This document shows, one piece after another, positions 10,851-23,264 of a DNA stretch of 64,000 nucleotides; position 1 is the first letter of the stretch, and each line of letters starts with the position of its first letter. The stretch covers positions 17,670,001-17,734,000 of the forward strand of contig NC_083234.1 of the NCBI RefSeq assembly GCF_032191835.1, given 5' to 3'. The translations under genes and the position numbers were made by a program. The DNA comes from Heteronotia binoei. Its lineage: Eukaryota. Under the pieces are notes generated by a model. It saw only the letters and a list, made by a program, of their open reading frames with translations, did not search any database and was not told where the DNA came from.

Positions 10851-12570
10851 AAAGCCAGTCGTGTTAGGGAAGTTAGAGTATTTTCACGTCATATTTCAAA
10901 GATGAAAAGACAAAGGTTGCTTTGGGGATGAGGAGATGCCTTGGTTCTTCCCCCCCACCCCTGGCCTAAATTTGTTATCTGTTTTGAGGGCAACTTCTTT
11001 GGATATTTGGGTATTCCAGTGGGGTGCTTCAGTGTTATGGAATGCAAAATCTGGGAGCAAACGTTGGACCTCTGGGTCTTCTGCAAGATCACACAGTGAA
11101 TTAGTGGTGCCCGCAGGCAAAGGAATGCAGAGGTGCCCCCCCCCCAATTTTGTACTGTGATCGCTGAATCCCTTTATACTAACCCCTCCCCTGGTTTTAA
11201 TGGAGGGCTATCTATGCTCATGTCAACTTTCATGCTAAGTAGGTCATTCCCATAGAGTTTATAATTTGTGCAGTTCACTAACACTGATTAGGCTCCCCAC
11301 CCCCTTTGCTTGTTTTCCTCCTCCCCATCTCCTCTGATCACTGCGAGCTCTTTCACACCTCTTCGACAGGCACAAGGGGAGAACTTGGGATAAAGAAGGG
11401 GTTGCAGTTATGTCCCTTTTGGCCGTAGATGGAAATTCTGACTGATGCTGACTTTGGACTCCTGAAAGGCTCTTGGAAGGGACTGGCCCATTTTGAATCT
11501 TCCTGTCAGCACTCAGAATGCTTTCGGAGCTGGAAACGAACAGATACGCCAGAACTGGAGCATTTCTTCTAAATGAATGACTCACCAGCTCAGTCCAGCT
11601 GCTCTCCCTTGAGTCTGCGGGGTTGTGGTTTCAAATCCCTTTCCCCCCCATGCCGAGAGCGAGCTGAGAACTGAACCTTAAACGAAGCAGAACTCGTGCT
11701 GTTTCTATCAGGCATAGATCTGTGGGTTCAAATCTATTTGAGAAAGGCAGATAGATTTAGGGGGGCAGCTGCAGTTTAGCAGCAGAGTGTATACTGGCCA
11801 CGGATGAAATTCAGCCCAGGCATCCCTGGTTAGAGGATTTCGAGTAGGAGGAAATGTCATTTTTCAGACCTTGGGGAGCTGAGACTGCTAAATGACCCAG
11901 TGGCAAATCCCTGTACCCTTGCCAATGTCATCTTTGCATCCCTCATTAAAGTAACTCATTTTGCCAAAGTTTTGGAGCAGATTCGATCCTTTGAGTCTCT
12001 CCAGGACCCTGCTAAGCAAAACAGGAATGCAACTGAAATATCAATGTAACGATCGGTCACTTGTGTTCACTTCTAAAAATGGCAAAGATATATTGGGGCA
12101 AGCAGGAGCTGAGAGGAGCAAGTGCAAAGCCAGCCTATCTTTATTCTTTTTTTATTTTATTAAATTTATATCCCGCCCTCCCCATTATGGGTTCTCTGGG
12201 TTTCTTCGTTTTGTTGAAACTTATTCTGGCTTTCTCTCCTGTTTTCTGGTAGGGAAAACCATGTTGGCTGTTTGTGTTTTAATAGAACGAATATGTTTAA
12301 AGCGTTTGTCAAGTGCGCAACCCTGAATTCTTGTTGTGTAGTGCTTCTCAGACGTAGCTGGCAACTTGGACACTTACAGCATTGTGGGTTGTGGAAAGTG
12401 AAACCTGCCAGTCAGACTTCATTGTGAAAATTTAATGAATCGTGAGAAATAAACTAATTTGTGTCTGGTTCACTGGTCCCAAGAGTGGAGGTTGGGGAAC
12501 CTGGCATTTAATGAAGTTGCCAATAGTTGTCAGGGACCCAAATGGGAAGCTCTTGTTCTCCCCCCACCCC

Positions 12571-12804
12571 GCTCAGATTAGAAATTAGGGACTACCGCTC
12601 AGATTAGAAACTAGGGACTACAGTTTGGATTAGAAACTAGGGACTACAGCTCAGATTAGAAACTAGGGACTACCGCTCAGATTAGAAACTAGGGACTACC
12701 GCTCAGATTAGAAACTAGGGACTACCGCTCAGATTAGAAATTAGGGACTACTGCTCAGATTAGAAACTAGGGACTACAGCTCAGATTAGAAACTAGGGAC
12801 TAAC
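12571..12804 (+). repeat. 26-bp minisatellite, 9 copies (GCTCAGATTAGAAACTAGGGACTACC)
   Basis: Unit starts at 12571, 12597, 12623 ... 12779; few substitutions. Confidence 0.97.
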
Positions 12805-13265
12805 ATTTCCAGGCATTTCACACATCAAAAACACACATCTGGAATGCACACTGATATTACAAATGTCCCATCTTTCCTAGGAATGCTGCTGACTGTAGCA
12901 GTCTCACTGCTTGAAGTCTGAAATCCCAGTTTTGATTTTGTTCCTCCCTTGTGTGAATCAAGCCAAGTCAAAGGCCCTTTTCTGTTTCCTCGCGCCACCA
13001 AGTTTTACTGTTCAAATTTCATGGTTGTAAAATTTGGGGGGGGGGGGGGAGCTACTGCACATAAATGCTGCCTAACATCAAAGGGAGTGGAAGTGGCACC
13101 AAAGAAATCAAGGAGCGGAGAGCCCTGCTCGATCCTTGCCTTGGATGCTCAAGGCTGTGGCACGCAAGAACAGTTGCAAAATCCTTCCCATGCCAGCAAT
13201 CTTTGAAAGAGATTTCAGAAAGAGGCTAGAACCAGCTACATTTCTGTACTGAGCATGCTTCTACC

Positions 13266-13727
13266 CAGGGGTCGTTTTGTAGAAAAATAGGTGGTGAAGC
13301 TCATTAGCATAACTCATTAGCATATACCGCAGCCCCCCAGCCAAAAGCAACCTAATACAAATAAGGAGAACCCTGGGCGAGCGAGGCCAGCTTGGACTGG
13401 CTAGAGATCCAACCAGTCCAAGCAGGCCTCGCTCACCTGGGGCTCCCCTGGGCCACCCCCCCCCCCCCAGTCAAAAGGCCAGCAAGCCACCTGCCACCCA
13501 AAATCACATAAGAAGTGGTGAAAGGGTGGTGTGGGCTTCTCCAGGGGTTAGTGAGGGCGACTGGCAAAACTCCTGGTGGTTGGCTGGCTGCCCACTCTTT
13601 GAATCCAGGGATTGTTATGCAGCTGCACCTCCTATTCAGTGGACAAAGTAGGTGGGAAGGAAGAGGGGGACCCTCAGAAAGCTTCAAGAGCTGTACTCCT
13701 GTGAGCTTCTGCTGAATCCGAGGCCTG
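13266..13727. mobile_element. hAT non-autonomous element related to family A ends
   Basis: Perfect 8-bp TSD cttctacc; begins caggggtcgttttgtagaaaaa; subterminal ctcattagcat repeats. Confidence 0.8.
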
Positions 13728-14773
13728 CTTCTACCTCAGCTGGTATTCTGGCCTGAATCTAGCTGAATTTTGCAGCATCCCTAATTCACAGTGGAAGCAA
13801 CAAGCCCCCAATAATCACAGCACCTCATTTCCGTAACCTAATATCAGCAAGATGCTGCAGCTCCTGAGGAATCTCTTCCTTCCTTTCCATGTGACGTCAG
13901 GCTCTCTGGGCTTTTAATAACCTTATTACAATCTTAATCCTCTAGACCCAACAGTGGAAATATAAACCGACTCCTATTCCTTCGGTGTTCAGTAGGATCC
14001 CTCCCTCTCCCCTCCCCCCAGCACATTAGCCCAGTTTATTTTCCTTTTCTTTTCTTTAAAAAAAAATTAATCATGTTTTTGGGAGGGAGGGAGGGCACCG
14101 AAAATCAATTCTTTTCAGAGCCTATAGAGATTGCCGCAACGTCTTCCTAGAAAATTGGACTTAACAGCTACTTATGATTAGGCCTATAGTGTAATTCTGC
14201 GAAGAGCGTGCTTTAATCAAAAGGCAAATTAGTATCTGTACTGCAGAGGCTTTGTATGTCTTGATGGAAACTATTTAACCTGGAATGCTGGTGGGCTGGT
14301 GGTGGGTATAACGCAGTGGGATGAAACCTGCATTTCCAATGGAGAGAGGAGTTCTCTGGAGTAACGTCATCCTCCAAAATTTGCTCCCACTATTTCATAG
14401 CAATTCCCTCTCCCCCCCCCCCCGTTCCCACTCCCCCCTCAAGCTTTATTTTGCAGCAACTTCTGCAAGTAATTTCATGGTTATTTATACCCAAATCTAT
14501 AGCTGATATTTCAACAGTGGCTCACAACATCCGACTAAAAAAAAAATAACATCATCAAACTCGTAGAACCCACCAGCATAGAAGTCCGTAAAAATCAGCA
14601 GTAAAATCAGATGTAAGGTGGCGGTGAGCATCGTAGTAAAAATAGCAACAGTCTATTTTTAAAACTGACAAATAAGTCAGGAAATTAAGGAGCAGTGAAG
14701 CCAACAGTAAGGTGGGAGGAAATGTGGAAAGTGGGGGAAAAAAATCAGTTTGCTTAGTTGTCTGGGGCCGGGC

Positions 14774-15306
14774 TAGGGTTGCCAAGTTCAATTCAAGAAA
14801 TATCTGGGGACTTTGGGGGTGGAGCCAGGAGACTTTGGGGGTGGAGCCAGGAGACATTAGGGGTGGAGCCAAGATCAAGGCTGTGACAAGCGTGATTGAA
14901 CTCCAAAGGGAGTTCTGGCCATTACATTTAAAGGGACGGCACACCTTTTCAATGCCTTCCTTCCATAGGAAATAATGAAGGATAGGGGCACCTTTTTGGG
15001 GGGCTCATAGAATTGAACCCCCTGGTCCAATCTTTTTGAAACTTGGGGGGTATTTTGGGGAGAGGCACTAGATGCTATACTGAAAATTTGGTGCCTCTAC
15101 CCCAAAAAACAGCCCCCCCCCCAGAGCCCTGGATACCCGCAGATCAATTTTCCATGATTTTCTATGGGAATAAATCTCCATACGGAATAATATTGTTCCC
15201 AGCAGACATTTCCCTCCCCTCCCCCTGTTTTCTGACGACCCTGAAGCAGGGGGAGGGCCTCCAAACCGGGGGATCCCCTGCCCCCACCTGGGGATTGGCA
15301 ACCCTA
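14774..15306. mobile_element. hAT (Blackjack-like) non-autonomous element
   Basis: TIR tagggttgcca / tggcaacccta; TSD ggccgggc/ggtcgggc; many decayed relatives (e.g. ~25145, 26020, 27925, 39440, 43185, 52290). Confidence 0.8.
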
Positions 15307-15364
15307 GGTCGGGCAGAAAGGAACATGCAACTAAAGGCCTTGGTTATGACCTTTATGACATTTA

Positions 15365-15752
15365 AGCCAGTTTGGTGTAGTGGTTAAGTGTGCGGACTCT
15401 TATCTGGGAGAACCGGGTTTGATTCCCCACTTCTCCACTTGCAGCTGCTGGAATAGCCTTGGGTCAGCCATAGCTCTGGCAGAGGTTGTCCTTGAAAGGG
15501 CAGCTGCTGTGAGAGCCCTCTCCAGCCCCACCCACCTCACAGGGTGTCTGTTGTGGGGGAGGAAGGTAAAGGAGATTGTGAGCCGCTCTGAGACTCTTCG
15601 GAGTGGAGGGCGGGATATAAATCCAATATCTTCATCTACCTCACAGGGTGTCTGTTGTGGGGGAGGAAGGGAAAGGAGATTGTGAGCCGCTCTGAGACTC
15701 TTCGGAGTGGAGGGCGGGATATAAATCCAATATCATCATCTTCTTCTTCTTC
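15365..15752 (+). mobile_element. tRNA-derived SINE with L2-like tail (Squam3-like), 3' ~105 bp tandemly duplicated
   Basis: A-box tggtgtagtggttaag, B-box ggtttgattcc, tail gggcgggatataaat + (tct)n. Confidence 0.85.
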
Positions 15753-16275
15753 TTTAAGACCTTGAGTGGTCTGGGACTGATGTATCTATGGGATGGGACC
15801 GCCTCCTTCACTATGTCCCTAGAAGAGCACTACACTCTACTGGTCAAAAATCTACTGCTGGTCCCCAGCCCTAAAGAGGTCTGGCTGTCCTCAACGAGGG
15901 CTAGGACTTTTCCAGCCCCAGCCTGGTGGAACTCTCTGCTGTAAGACACCAGGCCCCTGCAGGATCTTTTACGATTCCACAAGGCCTGCAAAGCAGAGAT
16001 GTTCTGCCAGGCTTTTGTTTGAGGACAGCAACAGCTGGCGGGCTGGCACCCCCCTCCCTCGCTATACTTCAGGGGGGAACTGCTCCCAATTCCTGGGAAG
16101 CAGAATTACGGCACACTGTACAGTAGGTTCATTGGGTTGCAACTGTTTTAAATTACTGGCTTTATTGATTCTGTGTGTACCTTTTGTTGTACATCACCTA
16201 GAGCCTGGCATTGGCTGGGATGAGGCGATTAATTGATTAATCAATTCATTGGCGGCCAGGATGAGGCAATTCATT

Positions 16276-16555
16276 AGAGACCCAGTTTGGTGTAGTGGTT
16301 AAGTGTGTGGACTCTTATCTGGGAGAACCGGGCTTGATTCCCCACTCCTCCACTTGCACCTGCTGGAATGGTCTTGGGTCAGCCATAGCTCTGGCAGGAA
16401 TTGTCCTTGAAAAGGCAGCTGCTGTGAGAGCCCTCTCAGCCCCACCCAACTCTTAGGGTGTCTGTTGTGGGAGATTGTAAACCGCTCTGAGTCTCTGATT
16501 CAGAGAGAAGGGTGGGGTATAAATCTGCAATTATTCTTCTTCATCATCATCATCA
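16276..16555 (+). mobile_element. Squam3-like SINE
   Basis: Same family as 15365. Confidence 0.85.
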
Positions 16556-16632
16556 TCAATAATAATAATAATAGTAATAATAATAATACCATTTCCTCCT
16601 GACTCCTCTCTCTTTCCCCCTCTCCCTTGCAG

Positions 16633-16784
16633 CTCCCCCCACCTTCACAGAAACTCCCCCCCAATACGTAGAGGCGAAAGAAGGCAGCAGCATCACTCTG
16701 ACCTGTATGGCTTTCGGGAATCCTAAACCGACCGTCACTTGGCTGAAGGAGGGGGATCTCTTAGGTGCCAACAACAAATACCAG
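16633..16784 (+). CDS. IGSF9B: IGSF9B exon (~4), Ig2 N-half
   Basis: cccttgcag|CT...CAG|gtaaga; (A)PPTFTETPPQYVEAKEGSSITLTCMAFGNPKPTVTWLKEGDLLGANNKYQ; 152 nt, phase 1-0. Confidence 0.96.
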
Positions 16785-16944
16785 GTAAGAGCGTGGCCCC
16801 AAGGGTGCATAGGTTGCTTGCAGAACGTGCACTGTTCCTGGAATGGGGGGGGGGGGGGTCAAATGGGCAGCCTGTGGGCTGGATCAGGCCCGTGAGCAAG
16901 TCTGTTTCCTTCTTCCTCTCTCTTGCTTCTTTCTGGCTGAGATC

Positions 16945-17070
16945 ACACATAATGCAGTTTCAGACCACTTCCAGTGCACTTTTCAACTGGATTGTACTGT
17001 GTGTGGACTGGCAAAATCCAGTTTGAAAGTGCACTGAAAATGGATTGAAATGGCATTATTTAGCATGTGT
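16945..17070. mobile_element. Palindromic MITE, class unassigned; decayed relative at ~45110-45205
   Basis: Imperfect inverted repeat agtgcacttttcaactggatt / aatccagtttgaaagtgcact. Confidence 0.6.
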
Positions 17071-17776
17071 GCACAGCCTCTGTGTCACAGCTTGCTTTGC
17101 TAGGATTTCTCCATTGCGCAGAGGCTACAGAGCAAAGCCTGTATTTTCCCCATTGGCTGAGGCTCCTCCCTTGGGGAGGAAGTGGTGGGGAGGGAGAGCT
17201 TGCTTTGAGGCAATATTGCAAGAGTGTTAATACTTTAAGCATGTTTTATTTTAGGGTTTTTTTAAAAAAAATAATCTTTAATTGTGTTTGTCTGTGTCCT
17301 TCATAAAGTTTATATCTCTGCTACCTGGCATTGAAGTTAATGACACACAAGGTCTCTATGTCAGATCCCGCACTCATGAGTTCGACACCCCTGAATTCCT
17401 GGTATCTCCATTCAGTGGGTCTAAGGCAGCAGGGCTGGTGAAAGCCTCTTCCTCAACTGCTAGAGTGCTTCTGCAGGGCAAAAGCAGACAATACTTGGCA
17501 AGTGGTCTCACTCGGTTTGAGGCAGCTTTGTGTTAACTAGAGAGCAGAGACGACTAGAGAGCAGCCCACTTAAAGCTTTATTTCTTCTTCTTTGTACTTA
17601 CTTCATTGTACTTTGCCTTTCTCCCCCGTTGCACCTTAGGTTATTCTCCTCTCCTCCATTTTTATCCACACTGCAACCCTGGCAGGTTGGTTGGACTGAG
17701 AGTGCGTAACAAACTCGAGGACATCCAGCAAGCTGCCATGGCAGAGTGGGGATGCAAACCTGGGTCCCCCAGATGT

Positions 17777-18107
17777 TAGAATCATAGAGTTGGAAGGGAC
17801 CTCCATGGTCATCTAGTCCAACCTCCTGCACAATGCAGGAAACTCATAAATACCTTCCTCTAAATGCACAGGATCCTCATTGCTGTCAGATGGCCATCTA
17901 GCCTCTGCTTAAAAACCTCCAAGGAAGGAGAGCCCACCACCTCCCGAGGAAGCCCGTTCCACTGAGGAACCGCTCTAATGGTCAGGAAGTTCTTCCTAAT
18001 GTTGAGCCAGAAACTCTTTTGATTTAATTTCAACCCGTTGGTTCTGGTCCTACCTTCTGGTGCCACAGAAAACAATTCCACACCATCCTCTATATGACAG
18101 CCCTTCA
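17777..18107 (-). mobile_element. CR1 LINE 3' end (second subfamily); relatives ~20905-21000, 31977-32430, 56505-57040
   Basis: Minus ORF ...LRRTNGLKL...IRKNFLTIRAVPQWNGLPREVVGSPSLEVFKQRLD; tail (attct/ctatg). Confidence 0.85.
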
Positions 18108-18622
18108 CTAAGCCCATCTTAGTGTGGCAGTCTAACCAGTACACCGCACTGGTTCGCTTACTGGCGCAGAGAACTGAAAGCAATATTGCCTGGCCTCTGG
18201 CAACTCTCCCAAATGATTATTAATGTGCAGGCTTTGAAAAGCTTTGCTCATTAGCTTGGCTTGCAAGGAAGCAAAGCAGAATTGGTTGTGTGCAGCCACC
18301 CACTGGATGCTGGACAATGCTCCCATTCTGCACTCCTGACCAGACAGTGCAACTGTAGCTGGGGGCAGTTGGGTTTGGCCTGGGAAGTTGTAAGCAGCGC
18401 ATCAGTTCTGTCTATGGGATATCTAATAACCCAGAGCAGGGGTAGCCAAACTGAGGCTCGGGAGGCACATGTGGCTCTTTCACACATATTGTGTGGCTCT
18501 CAGAGCTCCCACCGCCCCCACAACTGGCTTGGAGAAGGCATTTTTCTCTTTAAATCACTTCTCCAAGCCAAGCCAGCTGGCAGCTTGGAGAATGCATTTA
18601 AAGTTAAATTTGCTTTCTTTCT

Positions 18623-18791
18623 NNNNNNNNNNNNNNNNNNNNNNNNNNNNNNNNNNNNNNNNNNNNNNNNNNNNNNNNNNNNNNNNNNNNNNNNNNNNNN
18701 NNNNNNNNNNNNNNNNNNNNNNNNNNNNNNNNNNNNNNNNNNNNNNNNNNNNNNNNNNNNNNNNNNNNNNNNNNNNNNNNNNNNNNNNNNN
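18623..18791. other. Assembly gap (Ns) inside a family B hAT copy
   Basis: Run of N. Confidence 1.
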
Positions 18792-20614
18792 TCTTACGTT
18801 AAGCAAGATTGGCCACCTCTGAACCAGAGGGGGTCATTCAACTGCACAGTACAGGCTCCTTATCCAGAGATTTTTTCCTAGCTTCATCGCCACTACCGAG
18901 AGCAGCTCAAAAACCTGTTTGTGACTATGCTATTGGTGCAAAATACTCCCTGAACGTATGTAGCTGGCTTCTACTGAGCCAGACGATTTAGCCACTTGAC
19001 TTTGTCTTGTCTGCCCTGATAGAAGTCATCCAGGCTGTCCGGCTGAGAAAGATCTTTCCAGTCTTCTCTACCAGAGGCCTTTGAACTGGAAACAAAGGGA
19101 CCCTTGTGGCCACCCAAGAACATAAGAAGATCCCTGCTGGAACAGACCGATGGTCCACCTTGATCGAACATTATGTTTCATTCAGTAGCCAACCAGTGAC
19201 TCTGGAGGGCCAGCAAATAGGGCATGGAGGCTGAAGCCTCCCTCTGGTATTGCTTCTTGGCTCTGGGTTGAGTCTTAGTGCCTCGTTACATGAAGGTTCC
19301 GTTCGGCCACCATGACTAGTAGCCATGGATAGACCCAGCCGCCAAGAATCTGTCCAATCCCCTTTTAAAAGCCATCTATGCTGTCTCAGTCATAGTTAGC
19401 CATCGCTCTCGTATAAGTTGTCCTTGAAAGGGCAGCTGCTGTGAGAGCTCTTTCAGCCTCACCCACCTCACAGGGTGTCTGTTGTGGGGGGAGGAGATAA
19501 AGGAGATTGTAAGCCGCTCTGAGACTGATTCAGAGAGAAGGGCGGGGTATAAATCTGTGTTCTTCTTCTGTCACCTCAGTAAACATGTGAGTGTTGTGGC
19601 ACATTTATAAGGAGATGTATTTTTTATGCCACCCTTTTAAAAAAATCAGTGGTTACTCAAGGAATGGGTAGATTGCGCCAGGATTTTCAAGGTGCTCCAT
19701 CCACCCCGAGGGATGTGGTGGCCCAGAATGCTTTGGGCCAAACCAGAGAAACAAGAGATGGCTGCCAGTTCTCATCACTGCTCCCCAAAGCTCCCACTTC
19801 CTCTTGCAAAGCCCTCCACCCTTTCCCTCGGCCGAATTTTGTATGAATTGTAACTGGTAAATCAACCTTGGAATCTGCACTAGTGCTAATGAGAGTAATT
19901 AGGAGTCATTTGTTATAAGCTGAAATGGAAGGCCTGAGCGAAATGAACATTGGTATTGGCAGCGAGGGAGGGAGGGGGGAGGGAGGGAGGAGAGGGGGGC
20001 AGTCAGAGGCAGGGAGAGGATGAGTGCATAGCTGCCTCTCTGGAAACTCCATCCTTTGCCTGCTTCTCTCTCCCAGAGCTTGAGGTTCATAATGCTGCCC
20101 CAGTCTCATGCTTCCGTTTTCAGGCATGCTAAGCATAGAACAGGGAGATAAAACTGCTTATGTGCCAGGATTGTAAATTGCTCTACGCTGGCAGCACACT
20201 AGCATAGCCTTTCCAAGAAGGGGATCTGCTACATATTAATAATGACATGAATGGAGGCGGGGGCAGGGCTTTTTTTGTAGCAGGAGCTCCTTTGCATATT
20301 AAGCCCCACTCCCCTGATGTAGCCAATCCTCCAAAAGCTTACAGGGCTCTTACTTAGCAGAGCCTTCTGTAAGCTCTTGGAGGATGGGCTACATCAGGGG
20401 AGTGTGGCCTAATATGCAAAGGAGTTCCTGCTACAAAAAAAGCCCTAGGGGGGATGGCTACCAGTAGGAATCTCCAGCAGTCATGTCAGTGGCCTTGCAT
20501 ATATAGTAAGGCACAGCTCACTGCCCAACATGGACAGCTCTGTGCTTGGATGGGCCATCCGGATGGGCATCTGTGTGCCAATTTCGGACGTCAAACTTTC
20601 TTCTCATTTCTCAG

Positions 20615-20732
20615 GTTAGCGACGGGAGTCTGACTGTTATGTCCATCAATCGGGATGACAGAGGTGCTTACACCTGCCGGGCTTACAGTATCCAGGGAGA
20701 GGCCATGCACACCACCCGTTTGCTAGTCCAAG
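20615..20732 (+). CDS. IGSF9B: IGSF9B exon (~5), Ig2 C-half
   Basis: tttctcag|GTT...CAAG|gtaatt; VSDGSLTVMSINRDDRGAYTCRAYSIQGEAMHTTRLLVQ(G); 118 nt, phase 0-1. Confidence 0.96.
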
Positions 20733-23084
20733 GTAATTTCCTGAACCGGAGAGTCTGTGGGGTCATCATCTTTTGAATTTAGCTTTGGGTCAAAGGCTTT
20801 GCTGGAAAGCTGCAGGGAGAACAGAGAATCTTCCCATGGTGGCTCTCGTTGCACTCTCTGTAGTGGTTATATTCTTAGAAAGTAGGTGATGATGGAGTTA
20901 AAACATAGAAATAGAGCCAGAAGGAACCCCAAGGGTCATCCAGTCCAGCCTCCTGCACAATGCAGGAAATTCGCAGCTACCTCCCCCCCCCCCTCAGTGA
21001 CCTCTGTTCTACGTTGTTGTTAAGGCTTTTTTTTTAAGATTGAAAGGATTTTTTTTTTTTTTACTCACTAATGGGTGGAAGTAGTGATTTTGGATTTATT
21101 AAGTTTCATGTCCTTTGCTTTCTTTTCCTGTGATTTTTTTTCTCTTGTGTTTCTTCAATGAAAGAGAAATTAACAAAGGAGAGGTGCAGATTCTCTTTGC
21201 AATACAGAAGCTCTCCCCCATCACGGTGATGGGGATTTTGGTCGTAGATTACATCCTGTACCTCTGCCCTCTTGGACCTGGAATCTTCATTTGCTGTCAT
21301 TTCCCAGTGGGGTAATTAACATTGGAGGAATAACAAACATTTGCTCGCTAGTAGCAGGAGTGTGGCTGGGACTATATTGCTCTGTGATTTTGGGGTGTGT
21401 GTGTGTATAACCCCGTAGCAGCCCCATAGCTAAGAGTCATAGGTGGAGGGGGCTGTAGGGGAGCCGTAGGGGGGGGGCTGTGGGAGTAAGAGCAAGAAGC
21501 TGGAGAGGCCACCCTTCTCCCTCCCCCCTCCACTGTGATTTAAATTGCATGTAAGCTCCAATTCCCCTTCTACCTTTCCTGGAGCTCAGCCTGCAATGAT
21601 CAGCTTCCAGTTCCGAAGTTCAAAAGAAGGCTGATTTGTATCTCTGGGCTCCCTCCCCATTTCCTTGCTTTCCTGTGCCCTTCCCCAACAGGGAGCAGCG
21701 GGGAACGTGCGTGGCTTGTACGCACTGGCTGGGGGAGATGTTCTGGCCATCCTCCTACCTCCCTCCCTTTCCACCCCGAAAGAACTCTAGCTGCCCTTGC
21801 AGCCTGTGCAGTCTAGGGGCCTCTCCTCCCACCCATCCAAGAACTTACCATTCAGGCTCATGGCGGTGGAAAAAAGGCAGCACACGGAGCCCCCGCTCAG
21901 CTCTTCCTGGCCAGACTAAAGGCTGCTGGGAGTAGGGGGTGGAGCTGGCTGCCCACCTACTCACCCAACTTTCAGAATCCGTCTGCCTACCCACCTAACT
22001 CTGCTCAGAGTGCTTCAGGGGAGGGCTGCCTCCTTCATGTGCTGAGGCGATCAGGGCGAGGGGTCCCGAGGGGGGAGCCAACGGTTGGGGAGGGGGCCCG
22101 TAAAGTCCACAAGGAGGCTGGGCCCTCTGGGCCCCATAGGGTGCTACGGGCCTGCCCTGTAGGTTTCCAAAGCAAGAGATGAACAGGTGGGGTTTGCCAC
22201 TGCCCGCCTCTGTATAGCAAGCCCGGGCTTCTTAGTGGCCTGCATCCTTAGCTTCTGAGATCTGATGCTGAAATCCGGTGCTATCCTGGAGTGTCAAGGC
22301 CGGGGGGGGGGGTGTCTCTGTACTGCAGGGCTTTTCAAAATGTGCAAGGCAAGCGGCAGCTTTTAGGACCCAGCTGGATACCTCCAGCAGTCGGCAGATT
22401 CCTTCTTTGTCGCAGCGTGCCAAGAAGGGCAGCAGGCTAAAGCCCGGGCATTCGTTACTTGTTGATTCCTTTGCCTCCTTTTCTTCTGTGAGTCCTGGAC
22501 AGGCCCTGGCCTTTCCTGCAACGTAACCCCTCGGCCTTGATTGAGAAGGGGGTGGTGGCAAAAGCCGTTGTAACCGCAAGCTCCCAGACATAATGCTCAT
22601 GGCTTTAGGAAAGAAGTCGCTAGACAAAGCAGCAGTTTTTTGGTTGGTTTTTTTTTTACAATGGAGCATCACAAACTCTGCTGACAAGTTCATTGAAAAG
22701 CTTTCAGTGCATTCTTTGCAATAAAAGCCCTCGGTGCGGAGAGCATGAAGCCTAGCAAATTAAAGGGCCGCTTTGACTGAAGTCATGTAGACGTTGCAGG
22801 GAAATACATTGAACTGAAGAGAAGGAGCGTTTTCTGAACGTCTTCCCGCATGCATTCAATCGGACTTCTTTGCACAAAGAGATAAAAGCTGGTTCTCGAA
22901 GCCTCCGGTTGCATTCCTGTCCTATGGCTGAATGCAGGAAGTCACAGACAATCGGAGAGGATCTTGTCGAGCTGCGTCTAGTAGATGCGGTGAAGCTTGG
23001 CCTTGGGGAGTCGCAAACAATTGAGGAAGATGAACCCGGGCTCCCCTTCAACGGACGATGCGAGAAGCAGAGCATTTGATATAA

Positions 23085-23264
23085 CAAAGATTTCAGGTTT
23101 TCACGGCTGGTAACATCATTAGGGTTTGTAGGATCTTTCGGGCTCAAGTGCCGTGTTCTACTGGAGAAAGTTTTCCTTCCAGCTGAGAACGAAACGTCTG
23201 GAAGGGAAACTTTCTCCAGTAGAACACGGCACTTGAGCCCGAAAGATTCTACAAACCCTAATGA
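23085..23264. mobile_element. Inverted (head-to-head) Penelope-like terminal fragment forming a 67-bp hairpin
   Basis: Arms 23116-23182 and 23198-23264 with 2 mismatches; contains cgaaacgtc and the PLE-type end ccagccgtgaaaacct on minus strand. Confidence 0.7.

Noticed and set aside
12571-12804. CRISPR-like array
   Set aside because: Units are directly tandem with no unique spacers, and the DNA is vertebrate intron.
15380-15685. Recurrent ORF MVKCADSYLGEPGLIPH... (also 27953, 41160) as a gene family
   Set aside because: Chance translation of the Squam3-like SINE.
18261-18881. 206-aa ORF and other ORFs spanning gaps (8.3 kb, 63.5 kb)
   Set aside because: Length is inflated by N runs inside repeats.
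20521-20543. Second RE1 site (catggacagctc)
   Set aside because: Only the right half matches; the TCAGCACC half is absent.
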